A stretch of 64,000 nt of DNA from an uncultured Lachnospiraceae bacterium (GTDB lineage: Bacteria; Bacillota; Clostridia; Christensenellales; UBA1242), in contig CAZRJB010000007.1 in assembly GCA_964600435.1 (NCBI GenBank), positions 278 through 64,277 on the forward strand, in the 5' to 3' direction. The position numbers were made by a program, and so were the translations under genes. The stretch's first letter is position 1; each line of letters opens with the position of its first letter. Under the pieces are notes generated by a model that was not told the origin of the DNA, did not search any database, and worked only from the letters and a program-made list of their open reading frames with translations. Below, piece by piece: positions 53,614 through 62,962 of this stretch.

Positions 53614-54906
53614 TTAAATAATTTCAATATCAACATCAACGCTAAGCTGAGTGTTCTCAACAACGTCTTGTTTTGAGTTGGTACTTAAATAATTTTGATA
53701 GTCCCAATAGTTGTGTTTATAGAAGATATTATTAAACTCAAAAACATCCAATTTTGTCGATTTTGCCAACGAGTTTGCTAGAGATATTTGTTTTCTAATT
53801 TCTCTACCAATTTCGCTTTTAACATTTTCGTCAACAATATCATTGCTAAGTGACACCTTTGGTCCATCTTTTAACACAATTTCATCAATTGCCAACGAAA
53901 CAACAATTTTTGCAGAAACAAACGGGATGTTTTTATAGAAGAATGTTTCCAATTCTAAATGTTTGCTTATAACATCAAAATTGATTGTGGCACCACCATA
54001 GTTTTTTAAACCATCCAACTTAACCAACAAATTTTTTTGTGTGTAGTCCTTGCTTAGCCAATTAACCCCATTAGACAACTGTTCTGACAAAACAATTTCC
54101 AATTTGCCTGAATTATAGATTGCAAGTTGTCCCTTGTTTGAAATGTATGAATTTTGCTTTTGCTCCCCACCAGAACTTTCTTGCCCCGATTGCTCAGAAG
54201 GGGCACTTTCTGCACTGTTTTCTTCACCTGAAGAGTCAGAAGTTTTTGCTCCGCCGTCCACCGATGTACCAATTCCATTTGTATAATCCTTGCTAAGCGA
54301 AATCGCGTTAATTTTTGAAATCCCACTAGGGCTCAAGTATCCCCTAAAAAAAGAATCTATGTTTGAGTTTATTGAAGTTGTGCTGTCGGGTTGCTGATGG
54401 CAAATGATTTCACTAAGTTTAATTCCAGTGGAGTTTTTTAGTTCAACACCAACATTAAACATTTCTTCAATATCGCTTGAACAATAAATCAGTTGCACTG
54501 TGTTTCTGATTTTGTTTGTTCTTATAAGCCTATCCAGCAATGCTGCCAAATTTTCAGAAGAAACTTTATCTCCAACCATAACAAAACGTGTGTGTCCAAG
54601 TTTTATAAACCTTCCAAACATAAGATTTAAGTTGGTGAATGCTTCGCCCACTGTTTCACCCGATGCCGACAAAATTTTGTTGTTTTCCGCCAAACTTTCT
54701 GTTGTCGAAGACACGCTGATTGCAACTTGAAGAACAATTTTATCTTGTTCGTTTTTGTTTATTCCAACAGCAACAGCAATTGCTGACCTAAAAGCAATAG
54801 ACATTGTGTTTATGGACCGAGGCAATATAAAAACGCAAATTAAAGCAAAAACTAGCAAAACTGGCGATTTTAAAATGATTCTAACAATATTTTTAAGTTC
54901 TTTCAT
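53614..54906 (-). CDS. Spore germination receptor C subunit, Ger(x)C-like
   Basis: AIAVAVGIN, GETVGEA, LGH, KLDVF; third gene of a ger operon; AAGGAG RBS. Confidence 0.8.
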   Translation of the reverse strand: MKELKNIVRIILKSPVLLVFALICVFILPRSINTMSIAFRSAIAVAVGINKNEQDKIVLQVAISVSSTTESLAENNKILSASGETVGEAFTNLNLMFGRFIKLGHTRFVMVGDKVSSENLAALLDRLIRTNKIRNTVQLIYCSSDIEEMFNVGVELKNSTGIKLSEIICHQQPDSTTSINSNIDSFFRGYLSPSGISKINAISLSKDYTNGIGTSVDGGAKTSDSSGEENSAESAPSEQSGQESSGGEQKQNSYISNKGQLAIYNSGKLEIVLSEQLSNGVNWLSKDYTQKNLLVKLDGLKNYGGATINFDVISKHLELETFFYKNIPFVSAKIVVSLAIDEIVLKDGPKVSLSNDIVDENVKSEIGREIRKQISLANSLAKSTKLDVFEFNNIFYKHNYWDYQNYLSTNSKQDVVENTQLSVDVDIEII

Positions 54907-55987
54907 TGCCTTTTCTCCTTTTAACACAAATCATTACAATCAAGAGCAAAGGAACAAGCAAAATGATTATTGAAGAAAAGTAACACAAAACATTTTCCGC
55001 AAAAGCCACATATTTTAAATAATCGTTTAAATACAAAAAATCAGTTGCAACCAAAACAATAACCAATGCAGGCAATGTTATTGAGCTATAGTCAAAGTTT
55101 AACACTTTTTTTATGCATTCATTAGCACAATACATTAAAATTGCCCCCTGCAAATATACATTAACCATAAACACAACAATGGCAAAAAAATCCATATGCC
55201 AGCCCTTTGATGTTCCAACTGCATATTGCACGACATCGTTAATCAAATTAACATGAAAAATTGATGTTTCTTGATATAGAATAAAATACAAAACAAAAAG
55301 CGAGATTAAAATTGCCGACATAAAAATGAAAGGAACAAACATTTGTTTTAATTTTCCTTTTTTTATGTCAATCTTATCCAAAAAAATTAGCAAAGCAAAC
55401 AGGTCTCCCGTCCAAAACGACAACCTAAAAACAGAATTAAAAAACCCCAAAAAACCATCTTTTGTTAATGGTCCAAAACTAAAAGATGTTATTGGCACAA
55501 CCGAAAAAGCAATTGCTGTTACCAAACATATAACAAGAAATGGCAGAAAAAATTCACAAGTTCTGCCAATGTTTTTAAGCCCAGAAAACGCCAACGTGCA
55601 AATAACAGGCAAAAAACAAATAAACAATGTGAGCAAGTCAGTTTCTTCATCTGCAACATTTTTCAAAAATGCAAAATTATCACCCATAATAAGCAACAAT
55701 TTAAAGAAAAAGAAAAGGAAAAACACACTATATAAAACTTTTGTTAAAACCACCCCAAGTTTCTGTTTGAAAATATCATACAAACTCTGTTCTGGATATT
55801 TTTTCTTTACCCAAACAACAAGCAACAAAAACAAAATGTTTAAAACAACAACAAAAATTATAGATAAAATTGCACCCGTTCCATTATATTTATAAAAAAG
55901 CGAAGGCAAGGACGTCATTTTTAATGTAAAAAGCAATAATCCAGCAATAACACCAGTTTGGTGCGAAGAAATCATGTCTTTATTCAT
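54893..55987 (-). CDS. Spore germination receptor B subunit (GerAB/APC-like permease)
   Basis: About 10 TM segments, GLKNIGRTCE; located between gerA-like and gerC-like genes. Confidence 0.85.
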   Translation of the reverse strand: MNKDMISSHQTGVIAGLLLFTLKMTSLPSLFYKYNGTGAILSIIFVVVLNILFLLLVVWVKKKYPEQSLYDIFKQKLGVVLTKVLYSVFFLFFFFKLLLIMGDNFAFLKNVADEETDLLTLFICFLPVICTLAFSGLKNIGRTCEFFLPFLVICLVTAIAFSVVPITSFSFGPLTKDGFLGFFNSVFRLSFWTGDLFALLIFLDKIDIKKGKLKQMFVPFIFMSAILISLFVLYFILYQETSIFHVNLINDVVQYAVGTSKGWHMDFFAIVVFMVNVYLQGAILMYCANECIKKVLNFDYSSITLPALVIVLVATDFLYLNDYLKYVAFAENVLCYFSSIIILLVPLLLIVMICVKRRKGNERT

Positions 55988-57401
55988 CTTGTCCACCATC
56001 CAGTCTTGTTTTATTGTTTGAGTTCAGCGCTTTAGGTCTTTCTTTCATTTGCGACAAAGGCCGTTTAAACAAACTATCTTTTAAATCGCTGTTAATTTCA
56101 GGGGCAAAAGGAGCCAAAAATGGAGTACCATAACAGTTGAGAGAGTTTATGTAGTTTATTAAGTAAACCAATCCGCCAACAATGCCTAAAATTCCAACCG
56201 TTGCCCCTAAAACTACAAAAACTGCCCGAATTACGGTTAGTTGCGATGCCTGAGACGGAATTGTGTAAATTGCCATAACGCTTACTGCAACAATAATAAC
56301 CCCGGGTGGAGATATCAGTCCCGCCTTAACACCTGTGTCGCCCAAAACCAATGCTCCAACAATTGATGTTGCCAACCCTAAATATTGTGGCAGCCTTAAA
56401 CTCACCTCATACAAAATTTGGAACAAAACCAAAATAAACAAAATTTCCAAAACCGGAGTAAAAGGCAGGTCTTTGGTTGCATTGGCAATAATAATAACAT
56501 AACTTAATGGCAAGGTTGTGTAACTATATAATCTAAAGCTTAAATATAGCCCTGGAATTATTGTTGCAACAATAATTGCCAAAACTCTTATCATTCTATT
56601 TAAGCTAACATATATGTAGTTTGTATAATAATCATTACTACTTTGAACATCTTCAAAAACCATATATGGTACAGTTATTACCATTGGTGAACCATCAACC
56701 ACAATGGCAACTCTGCCTTCTAGCATTTTAGCAACAACCACGTCAGGTTTTTCTTGAAATCCTGTTTGTTCAAATAACGATTGTGGTCTAATTTTTAAAA
56801 ATTCTGCAATGTAATAAGAATCAATAATTCCGTCAATTTTAATTTTTTTTATTTTTGACTTAACTTCTTTAACAACTTCTTTGTTAACAATGTTGTTTAA
56901 ATACACAACACTAACTTTTGTTTTTGTTTCTTGTCCTACATTAAAGTTGTCAATTTTTAAATTTTTTGTTGGCAATCTTTTTCTAATTAGTGAAATATTG
57001 GTGTTTATAGATTCAACAAATCCTTCTCTTGGTCCAAAAATGTTTGGGGATGTTGGCGGTTCGGTTGGAGTTCTTACGGGATATTTTTCTAAATCTATGC
57101 TTAAAGCATTTTCTTCAAAGAGTAAAACAACGTGATTTTTTAAAATTTCGTCAATGATTTCTTCATTTTTTATTTGTTTTATGTCTGCCGTTCTAATAAT
57201 TTTTGAAGACAACTCGTCAAAAGAAAATGGCTGAGAAGTTGAAAGAATTGGCTCAATAATTTCTTTGGCAATTGCCGTTTTGTCCACCATGCTCTTAATA
57301 AACAGCAAAAAAATTTTGCCTGACTTTGTTTCAAGTTGCCTTTCAATAAAGTCTGCATTGTTTAACATTTTGTTTTTAATTTCATCCAAAGAAAAAGACA
57401 T
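55980..57401 (-). CDS. Spore germination receptor A subunit (GerAA/GerKA family)
   Basis: GPREGFVES, EKPDVV..KMLEGRVAIVVDGSP, SIVGALVLGD.GVKAGL, YGTPFLAP. Confidence 0.95.
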   Translation of the reverse strand: MSFSLDEIKNKMLNNADFIERQLETKSGKIFLLFIKSMVDKTAIAKEIIEPILSTSQPFSFDELSSKIIRTADIKQIKNEEIIDEILKNHVVLLFEENALSIDLEKYPVRTPTEPPTSPNIFGPREGFVESINTNISLIRKRLPTKNLKIDNFNVGQETKTKVSVVYLNNIVNKEVVKEVKSKIKKIKIDGIIDSYYIAEFLKIRPQSLFEQTGFQEKPDVVVAKMLEGRVAIVVDGSPMVITVPYMVFEDVQSSNDYYTNYIYVSLNRMIRVLAIIVATIIPGLYLSFRLYSYTTLPLSYVIIIANATKDLPFTPVLEILFILVLFQILYEVSLRLPQYLGLATSIVGALVLGDTGVKAGLISPPGVIIVAVSVMAIYTIPSQASQLTVIRAVFVVLGATVGILGIVGGLVYLINYINSLNCYGTPFLAPFAPEINSDLKDSLFKRPLSQMKERPKALNSNNKTRLDGGQDE

Positions 57402-57420
57402 ACCAACTCCTGTTTTTTGT

Positions 57421-57450
57421 TAGTATGCCTTTTTGAAAAAAATAATATTC
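57421..57450 (-). promoter_or_regulatory. sigmaG-type forespore promoter of the ger operon
   Basis: GAATA-18 bp-CATACTA matches the GNATA-18-CATACTA consensus; AGGAG RBS follows. Confidence 0.7.
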
Positions 57451-58703
57451 TAACTAAAAGATAGTTGCACGGAATCCGAATTTGTAACAAACTCATTTTG
57501 CGACACTGAAACAATTGTTGCGCTAACAATGTCTGAATCAATCAACTTGTCAAAATATGCTGTAAATTTAACAACTTGTTGCAATTTGTATGTTTCTTCA
57601 GATGCTTCCATTTCGGTTGATAACAAACTAAACTCTTGCAGTGTGTGGTCATTTAATGTAAAAACAACATTAAATTTTGATGGCAAAGTTTTGTTTTTTA
57701 AAACCATAAAACTAATTTTTTTGCTAGATTTGTTAAAAATTACATTAATTGGTGCTTGCAATTTTTCAACTACCCTATATTCTATTGAGTTGGAAACGTT
57801 GCTGTTTAAATAAAAACTTTCGCTTTGAGCAATTGCCTCAACACAAACTGGATAAACCCCAACTCCGTAGGCATTTAAATTTTTTAAATCAAATGTTATC
57901 AAAACATCATTTTGATCAATTTCAATGTAGTTTAAAACACCTGTTTCCGAATTTTCTTTGTAATATAATCTATATTTATCTGCATTTTTAACTGGATTCC
58001 AAGACAAAATGTTGTTGTCATCTTTAAAAATGTAAGGAGTGTCCAAAGTTTTGTTGTTGGTTATTGTTTGTTCAATAGAAAAGTCACTTGCCGCTTTGTC
58101 AGTTTTGCCCAACGCTCGAATTTTAATAACAAAAGTGCCTGCTTGATTTAAATAGCTTTTTAGTTCAATCACACTTTCTGTGGTTGTAAAGGAAAAAGAA
58201 TTTGAGTTTGTTGGTGTTATAACAACCTCATATGCGGTTGAATTTTCAATTTCTGAGATATAAATAAGAGTGTTGTTTTGACGTTGAACAACAGAAAATT
58301 CTGGGGTTTGAAGTTTTGTGTTGATTTTTTTAAAATAAAAAATTGCTCCTGTTATTGCCCCTGCAACAACAATTGCCGACACAATAATAATTATTATCAA
58401 ATTTGTGGTTGACAATTTTTTTCTTGGCTTTTTGTCAGATTTTTGCGATTCTTTTTTTAGCAAATTGTTTTGCTTATCATTTTCAAAATTTAATTTTGAG
58501 CCGTCTGGCAAATTATCTGAATTTTTTGAAATGTTTTTATTTTTTTTGTTTTTAGATTTTTCTTTTTTATTTTCATTAATTTTTGTGCTTTTTTTTGGAT
58601 TGTTTTTAACAATTTGATTATTTACATTTTCGCCAAACAAACTATCAGCCGATTCAGAGAGAAGGTCATCATCAAAAATGTTTTTGCCATCATTATTTAC
58701 CAT
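57450..58703 (-). CDS. Single-pass membrane protein with Lys/Asn-rich cytoplasmic N-terminus and Fn3-like extracellular repeats
   Basis: TM IIIIIVSAIVVAGAITGAIFYF; three KLQTP/TLDTP/KLQAP-initiated repeats, LSWNPVKNADKY, IKIRALG. Confidence 0.75.
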   Translation of the reverse strand: MVNNDGKNIFDDDLLSESADSLFGENVNNQIVKNNPKKSTKINENKKEKSKNKKNKNISKNSDNLPDGSKLNFENDKQNNLLKKESQKSDKKPRKKLSTTNLIIIIIVSAIVVAGAITGAIFYFKKINTKLQTPEFSVVQRQNNTLIYISEIENSTAYEVVITPTNSNSFSFTTTESVIELKSYLNQAGTFVIKIRALGKTDKAASDFSIEQTITNNKTLDTPYIFKDDNNILSWNPVKNADKYRLYYKENSETGVLNYIEIDQNDVLITFDLKNLNAYGVGVYPVCVEAIAQSESFYLNSNVSNSIEYRVVEKLQAPINVIFNKSSKKISFMVLKNKTLPSKFNVVFTLNDHTLQEFSLLSTEMEASEETYKLQQVVKFTAYFDKLIDSDIVSATIVSVSQNEFVTNSDSVQLSFS

Positions 58704-58845
58704 ATTTCCCCCTTATTTTCTTATTTTAATAAAATTTTTTAGCGTTTGTCAAATTTATTAGCATTTATATAAAATATAATTTTAAAGAATGCACTTATGC
58801 TTGCAAAATTTATAACCCAATAAATTAGATAATTGTTTTTCAAAT

Positions 58846-58921
58846 TGTGATGTCGTTATAAAATAACGGAGTTTGCGTTAGCAAACATGATTTGCGAACT
58901 TGTGAGCAAAGCATCATCACA
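58846..58921. repeat. Multi-hairpin palindromic element
   Basis: TGTGATG/CATCACA stem enclosing CGTTAT/ATAACG, GTTTGC/GCAAAC and TTTGC/GCAAA hairpins. Confidence 0.6.
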
Positions 58922-59050
58922 TGGCTTGATTTTAATCTATTATGTGCAAAAAAAAATGCATTAACAACAAAAAAGGTCAATTAATGTTAAAAATTTTAAA
59001 CATTTTAATGTTTTTTGTTAATAATGCATTATTTATTAAAGTTTTTTTAA

Positions 59051-59251
59051 TTAATTGTTTGCTTCGTTTAATTTTTCAATTAAATAATCAACATTAATGT
59101 CATGAACTTCGGCTGCTTCTTCCAAAGATTCACCCAATGCACATGGGCAAGAAAAACAATGCATTCCAAACCCCATTAAAACATCTTTTAAATTTTCATT
59201 TAGCTCTAAAACTTGAGCAATTGTCATGTCTTTACTAATTTCTTTTTTCAT
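59051..59251 (-). CDS. DUF1858 domain protein
   Basis: ISKDMTIAQVL...FGMHCFSCP...ESLEEAAEVH; GGAGG RBS before ATG 59251. Confidence 0.9.
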   Translation of the reverse strand: MKKEISKDMTIAQVLELNENLKDVLMGFGMHCFSCPCALGESLEEAAEVHDINVDYLIEKLNEANN

Positions 59252-59252
59252 G

Positions 59253-60389
59253 TTATTCCTCCATAAATATTTCACCGCACAAAATGCAATGATTTGCATT
59301 TAAGTCATTTTCGGCACCACATCTTGTGCAACGTTTAATTTTTAAACCATCACTATCATACAATTTGTCAAGATTTAAGTCAACAAAAGTTCGTTCATGT
59401 TTTTCTTGTCTTAATTTTTCTTTAACTTTTATTTCCCCCGCAGGTAAAATTTTAAAGTTTCCAAATGGAACATATTCAACATTTTGTGATTGCTCAATTG
59501 CTTGCTCATCTTTTAAAAAATCATCATTTTGCTGAACGTTTTGAGATGTTGTTTGTTCTTGATTTTGCAAATTTTCTTTTGTGTCAATTTCTAAATTATT
59601 AACATCAGAATTGATTTCTTCTGTGTTTTTGTTAGAACAATCTTCGGCAATGTTGTTTTCGTGAGAAATGCTTTTATCATTTTCTAATTGACTTTGAATA
59701 ACCATGTCACTTTCTTCTTGATATTTTTTTGGCAATTTATATTTATATATTTGCAAACTTTCAACAATTATTCCTGCTTGAGACAACATTTTTCCAATTG
59801 CATGTTTAAGCTTTTCGGAAATAATCGGATTGTTTGAAACAATGTCAGAAATAACAAAGTTGTTTTTTTCTAGCACATTCACAACCAAATCGTTAACCCA
59901 ACTTTCAATAATGTCTTCCGCTTCGCCGGTTTTGATATAGTCAAACTCATTAAGAAGCGACTGAACAAGTTCAACAGAGTTTTCCACCCTAAAAGAATAC
60001 ACTCCCATAACACCAATTTTAAAAATGCCATAGGCTCTTGTTCCAAGTTCCACTTTTCTATAAGTTTTAAACTTGCCCGCTCTTAAACCCTTATCAACAA
60101 AATACCCTTCACAACACAGCTTTTGCGCTTGTTTTCCGTTTTCAATTTTATCAATCCCAAATTTTCTGCAAGTATATGGCAGATTTGAAAAATTAACAAA
60201 ATGCTCGCCTTCTGCAAACTTATCGGTTGCCTTCCCTTTTTTTCCAATAACAAACTCGTAGCCAGAAGGAACAGTAATTTTGCTATTGATTTTTATAGTT
60301 CCATTATGCCCTGTATAATTTGTCACCAAAAAATCCAATTCTTTTTTTTCGGGACAAATATCACCATTACGTTTCCAAAAAATTCCCAT
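59253..60389 (-). CDS. SPFH-like domain protein with C-terminal zinc ribbon
   Basis: SKITVPSG...GK..D.F.EG.H N-terminus, G.YSFRV; CTRCGAEN...CILCG. Confidence 0.7.
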   Translation of the reverse strand: MGIFWKRNGDICPEKKELDFLVTNYTGHNGTIKINSKITVPSGYEFVIGKKGKATDKFAEGEHFVNFSNLPYTCRKFGIDKIENGKQAQKLCCEGYFVDKGLRAGKFKTYRKVELGTRAYGIFKIGVMGVYSFRVENSVELVQSLLNEFDYIKTGEAEDIIESWVNDLVVNVLEKNNFVISDIVSNNPIISEKLKHAIGKMLSQAGIIVESLQIYKYKLPKKYQEESDMVIQSQLENDKSISHENNIAEDCSNKNTEEINSDVNNLEIDTKENLQNQEQTTSQNVQQNDDFLKDEQAIEQSQNVEYVPFGNFKILPAGEIKVKEKLRQEKHERTFVDLNLDKLYDSDGLKIKRCTRCGAENDLNANHCILCGEIFMEE

Positions 60390-61171
60390 TATTTCTCCCT
60401 TCTAAAATTTTCGATTAATTCAGAAATAATAATTGCATTTTTATAAACTTTTGTCAAGAGTTCGTCAGGAGTCATATTGTTAGGTTTTTTAATTATTTCA
60501 AAATCTAAACTGTTTAGGCTTGTTCCAGCCAAATTTTTTGCCAATTTTTGAACATCAATCGTCCCGCCAAAATCAAACGGCATGTGTTGGTCTTGCAAAC
60601 CATTATTATCATGCAAATGCACACACGAAAGAATATTAGCAAACTCAGGGAAAAATTTTTTGTTTTTGCAAAAAACATTTGCATGACCAGAATCATAACA
60701 AAAAGTAAGATGTTTGTTTTTTATGTTTTTTTGAATAAATTCAAAAACACCCACATCGCTTAAGTTTTCTAACGCAAAATTAACATTGTATTTTTCACAA
60801 ACTTTTAAAAGTCTAGAAATTCTTTCCAAAAGTGTTTTGCTTGGATTTCCTTCTATATGCACAACCAAATTAGAAAATCCATATTTGTGTGCAAGAATAA
60901 TTTCTTTTTTTAAAAGTTTTTCAATTTTATTGCCAATTTTTCCTTCCAAATTAAAAAACTCCAAGTTGTCATCATAACTCGCATGCAAAGAAGCAAGTTC
61001 TAATCCAATTTTTTTTGCATATTTAACTCTTTTTCTTAAACTACCATTTGTCTTTTTATATTTCACATCGTTACTCATCATAACAGCGGTAAAATTATTA
61101 CTTTTTATTCTTTCAAGCCTAATTTTATAATGCTCTTTAAACCCATAATAATCCGTTATTGCTATTTTCAT
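60389..61171 (-). CDS. Sugar phosphate isomerase/epimerase (AP endonuclease 2 TIM barrel)
   Basis: SLHA, ALENL, CYDSGHAN, HLHDNNG..DQH.P..GTID, E. Confidence 0.88.
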   Translation of the reverse strand: MKIAITDYYGFKEHYKIRLERIKSNNFTAVMMSNDVKYKKTNGSLRKRVKYAKKIGLELASLHASYDDNLEFFNLEGKIGNKIEKLLKKEIILAHKYGFSNLVVHIEGNPSKTLLERISRLLKVCEKYNVNFALENLSDVGVFEFIQKNIKNKHLTFCYDSGHANVFCKNKKFFPEFANILSCVHLHDNNGLQDQHMPFDFGGTIDVQKLAKNLAGTSLNSLDFEIIKKPNNMTPDELLTKVYKNAIIISELIENFRREK

Positions 61172-61235
61172 CTTTTGTCCCTTCTCTTTTGTATAACATT
61201 AATTTTTCCACAAAAAAAACAAAAAGTCAATTTTA

Positions 61236-61264
61236 TTGCAATTTTGCAATGGTTTTGATATAAT
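61236..61264 (+). promoter_or_regulatory. sigmaA promoter
   Basis: TTGCAA-17 bp-TATAAT with extended TG. Confidence 0.7.
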
Positions 61265-61295
61265 TTTTAAAAATAATGCAACAATAGGATAAACA

Positions 61296-62294
61296 ATGAA
61301 ATATATAATATCATATCAAGAACAAAGCAAAAACATTTGCTTTGACGAACTGAAAAAATTAAATGCAAATTTTAAGGAAATTGAGCCATTAAACAACAGC
61401 CAAAGTTTAATTCAACTCAACTTGCCAAAACAAGAATTTAGCAGATTGGTTAAATCAACACCAATAATTTTTTTAAGACATATTTTTTCTGTTGAATATG
61501 AGTTTGCAAAACCATTTAATGCAACAAAATTTGTAAAAACCTTAGAATTGCAACTAGATAAAACCAAAACTTTTAGCATTCAATTCTTAACAAACATCAA
61601 CCATAAAAATTGTGAAACAAACACTCAAAAATTGGCAGAAATGCTTGTAAGCAAAAATTATTTGCTAAATGTTAAAGAACCAAACCAAATTGTTAGTGTT
61701 TTTGAAACAGAAAACACAATATATGCAGGCATTGGCAACATTCAAACAAATTTGTCAAGTTTTAAAGCAGGAATGCCACATTTTTCAAAAATAAACAACT
61801 TTATTTCAAGAGCAGAATTTAAACTTTTGGAAGCAATTGATTTGGCAAACATAAATCTTTCCAACATGAAATTTGGTGCAGACCTTGGTGCTTCGCCGGG
61901 CGGCTGGACAAAAGTTTTGGCAAATAACAATATAAAAACACATGCAATTGACCCTGCAAATTTGTCACAAGATATAAAAAACAACAAAAATGTTCAACAT
62001 TTTAGAATGACAACCGAAGAATATTTAAAAAGATTTTCTTATAAAAATTTTGATATTGTTGTAAATGATATGAAAATGGATATTGTTTTAAGCACAGATA
62101 TAATTTTGGATTTTTTTCAAAGAATTAACAACAACGGAATTGTTATAATGACATTTAAGTTGTCAAAAAATTATAATTATAAACAAATAATTAACTGCTT
62201 AAACAAACTTAAACAAAAATACACTCCAATCCTGGCTCGCCAACTTTTTCATAATAGAAGCGAAATAACAATAGTTTTGAAAAAAAATGTCTAA
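61296..62294 (+). CDS. RlmM/FtsJ-like rRNA methyltransferase
   Basis: ISRAEFKLLEA, DLGASPGGWT, AIDPA, VNDM, TFKL, RQLFHNRSEIT. Confidence 0.88.
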   Translation: MKYIISYQEQSKNICFDELKKLNANFKEIEPLNNSQSLIQLNLPKQEFSRLVKSTPIIFLRHIFSVEYEFAKPFNATKFVKTLELQLDKTKTFSIQFLTNINHKNCETNTQKLAEMLVSKNYLLNVKEPNQIVSVFETENTIYAGIGNIQTNLSSFKAGMPHFSKINNFISRAEFKLLEAIDLANINLSNMKFGADLGASPGGWTKVLANNNIKTHAIDPANLSQDIKNNKNVQHFRMTTEEYLKRFSYKNFDIVVNDMKMDIVLSTDIILDFFQRINNNGIVIMTFKLSKNYNYKQIINCLNKLKQKYTPILARQLFHNRSEITIVLKKNV

Positions 62295-62349
62295 CAATCA
62301 TTTGCGTTTTTTAAATGAAAATAATAAACTATAAAAAAAGGGGGATAAC

Positions 62350-62586
62350 ATGAAAAACAAAAAGAGCAAAATTATTTCAGATGCCATCTGTGGAATTTTA
62401 ATGCTTCTCAGCATAATTGTGTATTTAATTTTAGGTTTTGTTATACATTTTTGGCATCCAGGCTGGTTAATTATTGTTTGCAGTTCACTTGCATGTGGAA
62501 TCATTTCAATAATTACAAACTTGGTGTTTGATTTAAAAAATGCAAACAACGAAAGCGCTCAAGAACAACCAACTCAAGATAAATAA
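62350..62586 (+). CDS. Small two-TM membrane protein
   Basis: IVYLILGF...WHPGWLI motif; GGGGG RBS. Confidence 0.75.
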   Translation: MKNKKSKIISDAICGILMLLSIIVYLILGFVIHFWHPGWLIIVCSSLACGIISIITNLVFDLKNANNESAQEQPTQDK

Positions 62587-62616
62587 CCATTTTTTATACA
62601 TAACAATAATAACACA

Positions 62617-62648
62617 AAAATGCTCCTAAAACAATTTAGGAGCATTTT
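62617..62648 (+). terminator. Intrinsic terminator
   Basis: AAAATGCTCCTAAA-ACAA-TTTAGGAGCATTTT. Confidence 0.8.
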
Positions 62649-62962
62649 AACTGCTTTGCAATTAAATACAAAAAAAGAGAACAATTTGTCTATAATGTTT
62701 AAAACTAACGAAACACACTTTAATCTACAAATGGTTCTCTTTTCCCAGCAATAAAAACAAATATTTTACATTTGTCAATAAATGGGAGTTATTTGCAACA
62801 AACACTTTAACCTTAACAACAAAGAATATCTGTTCCCCATAATAAAAAAGAGAAGAATAACAAAAAGCGAAAGTATGTTACATCCTCAAACACTTTCGCT
62901 TTTTGCTTTTATTTAGTTGTAAGTGCCATTTAATTAATTGTGAATTAAGCACTTAACATTTT

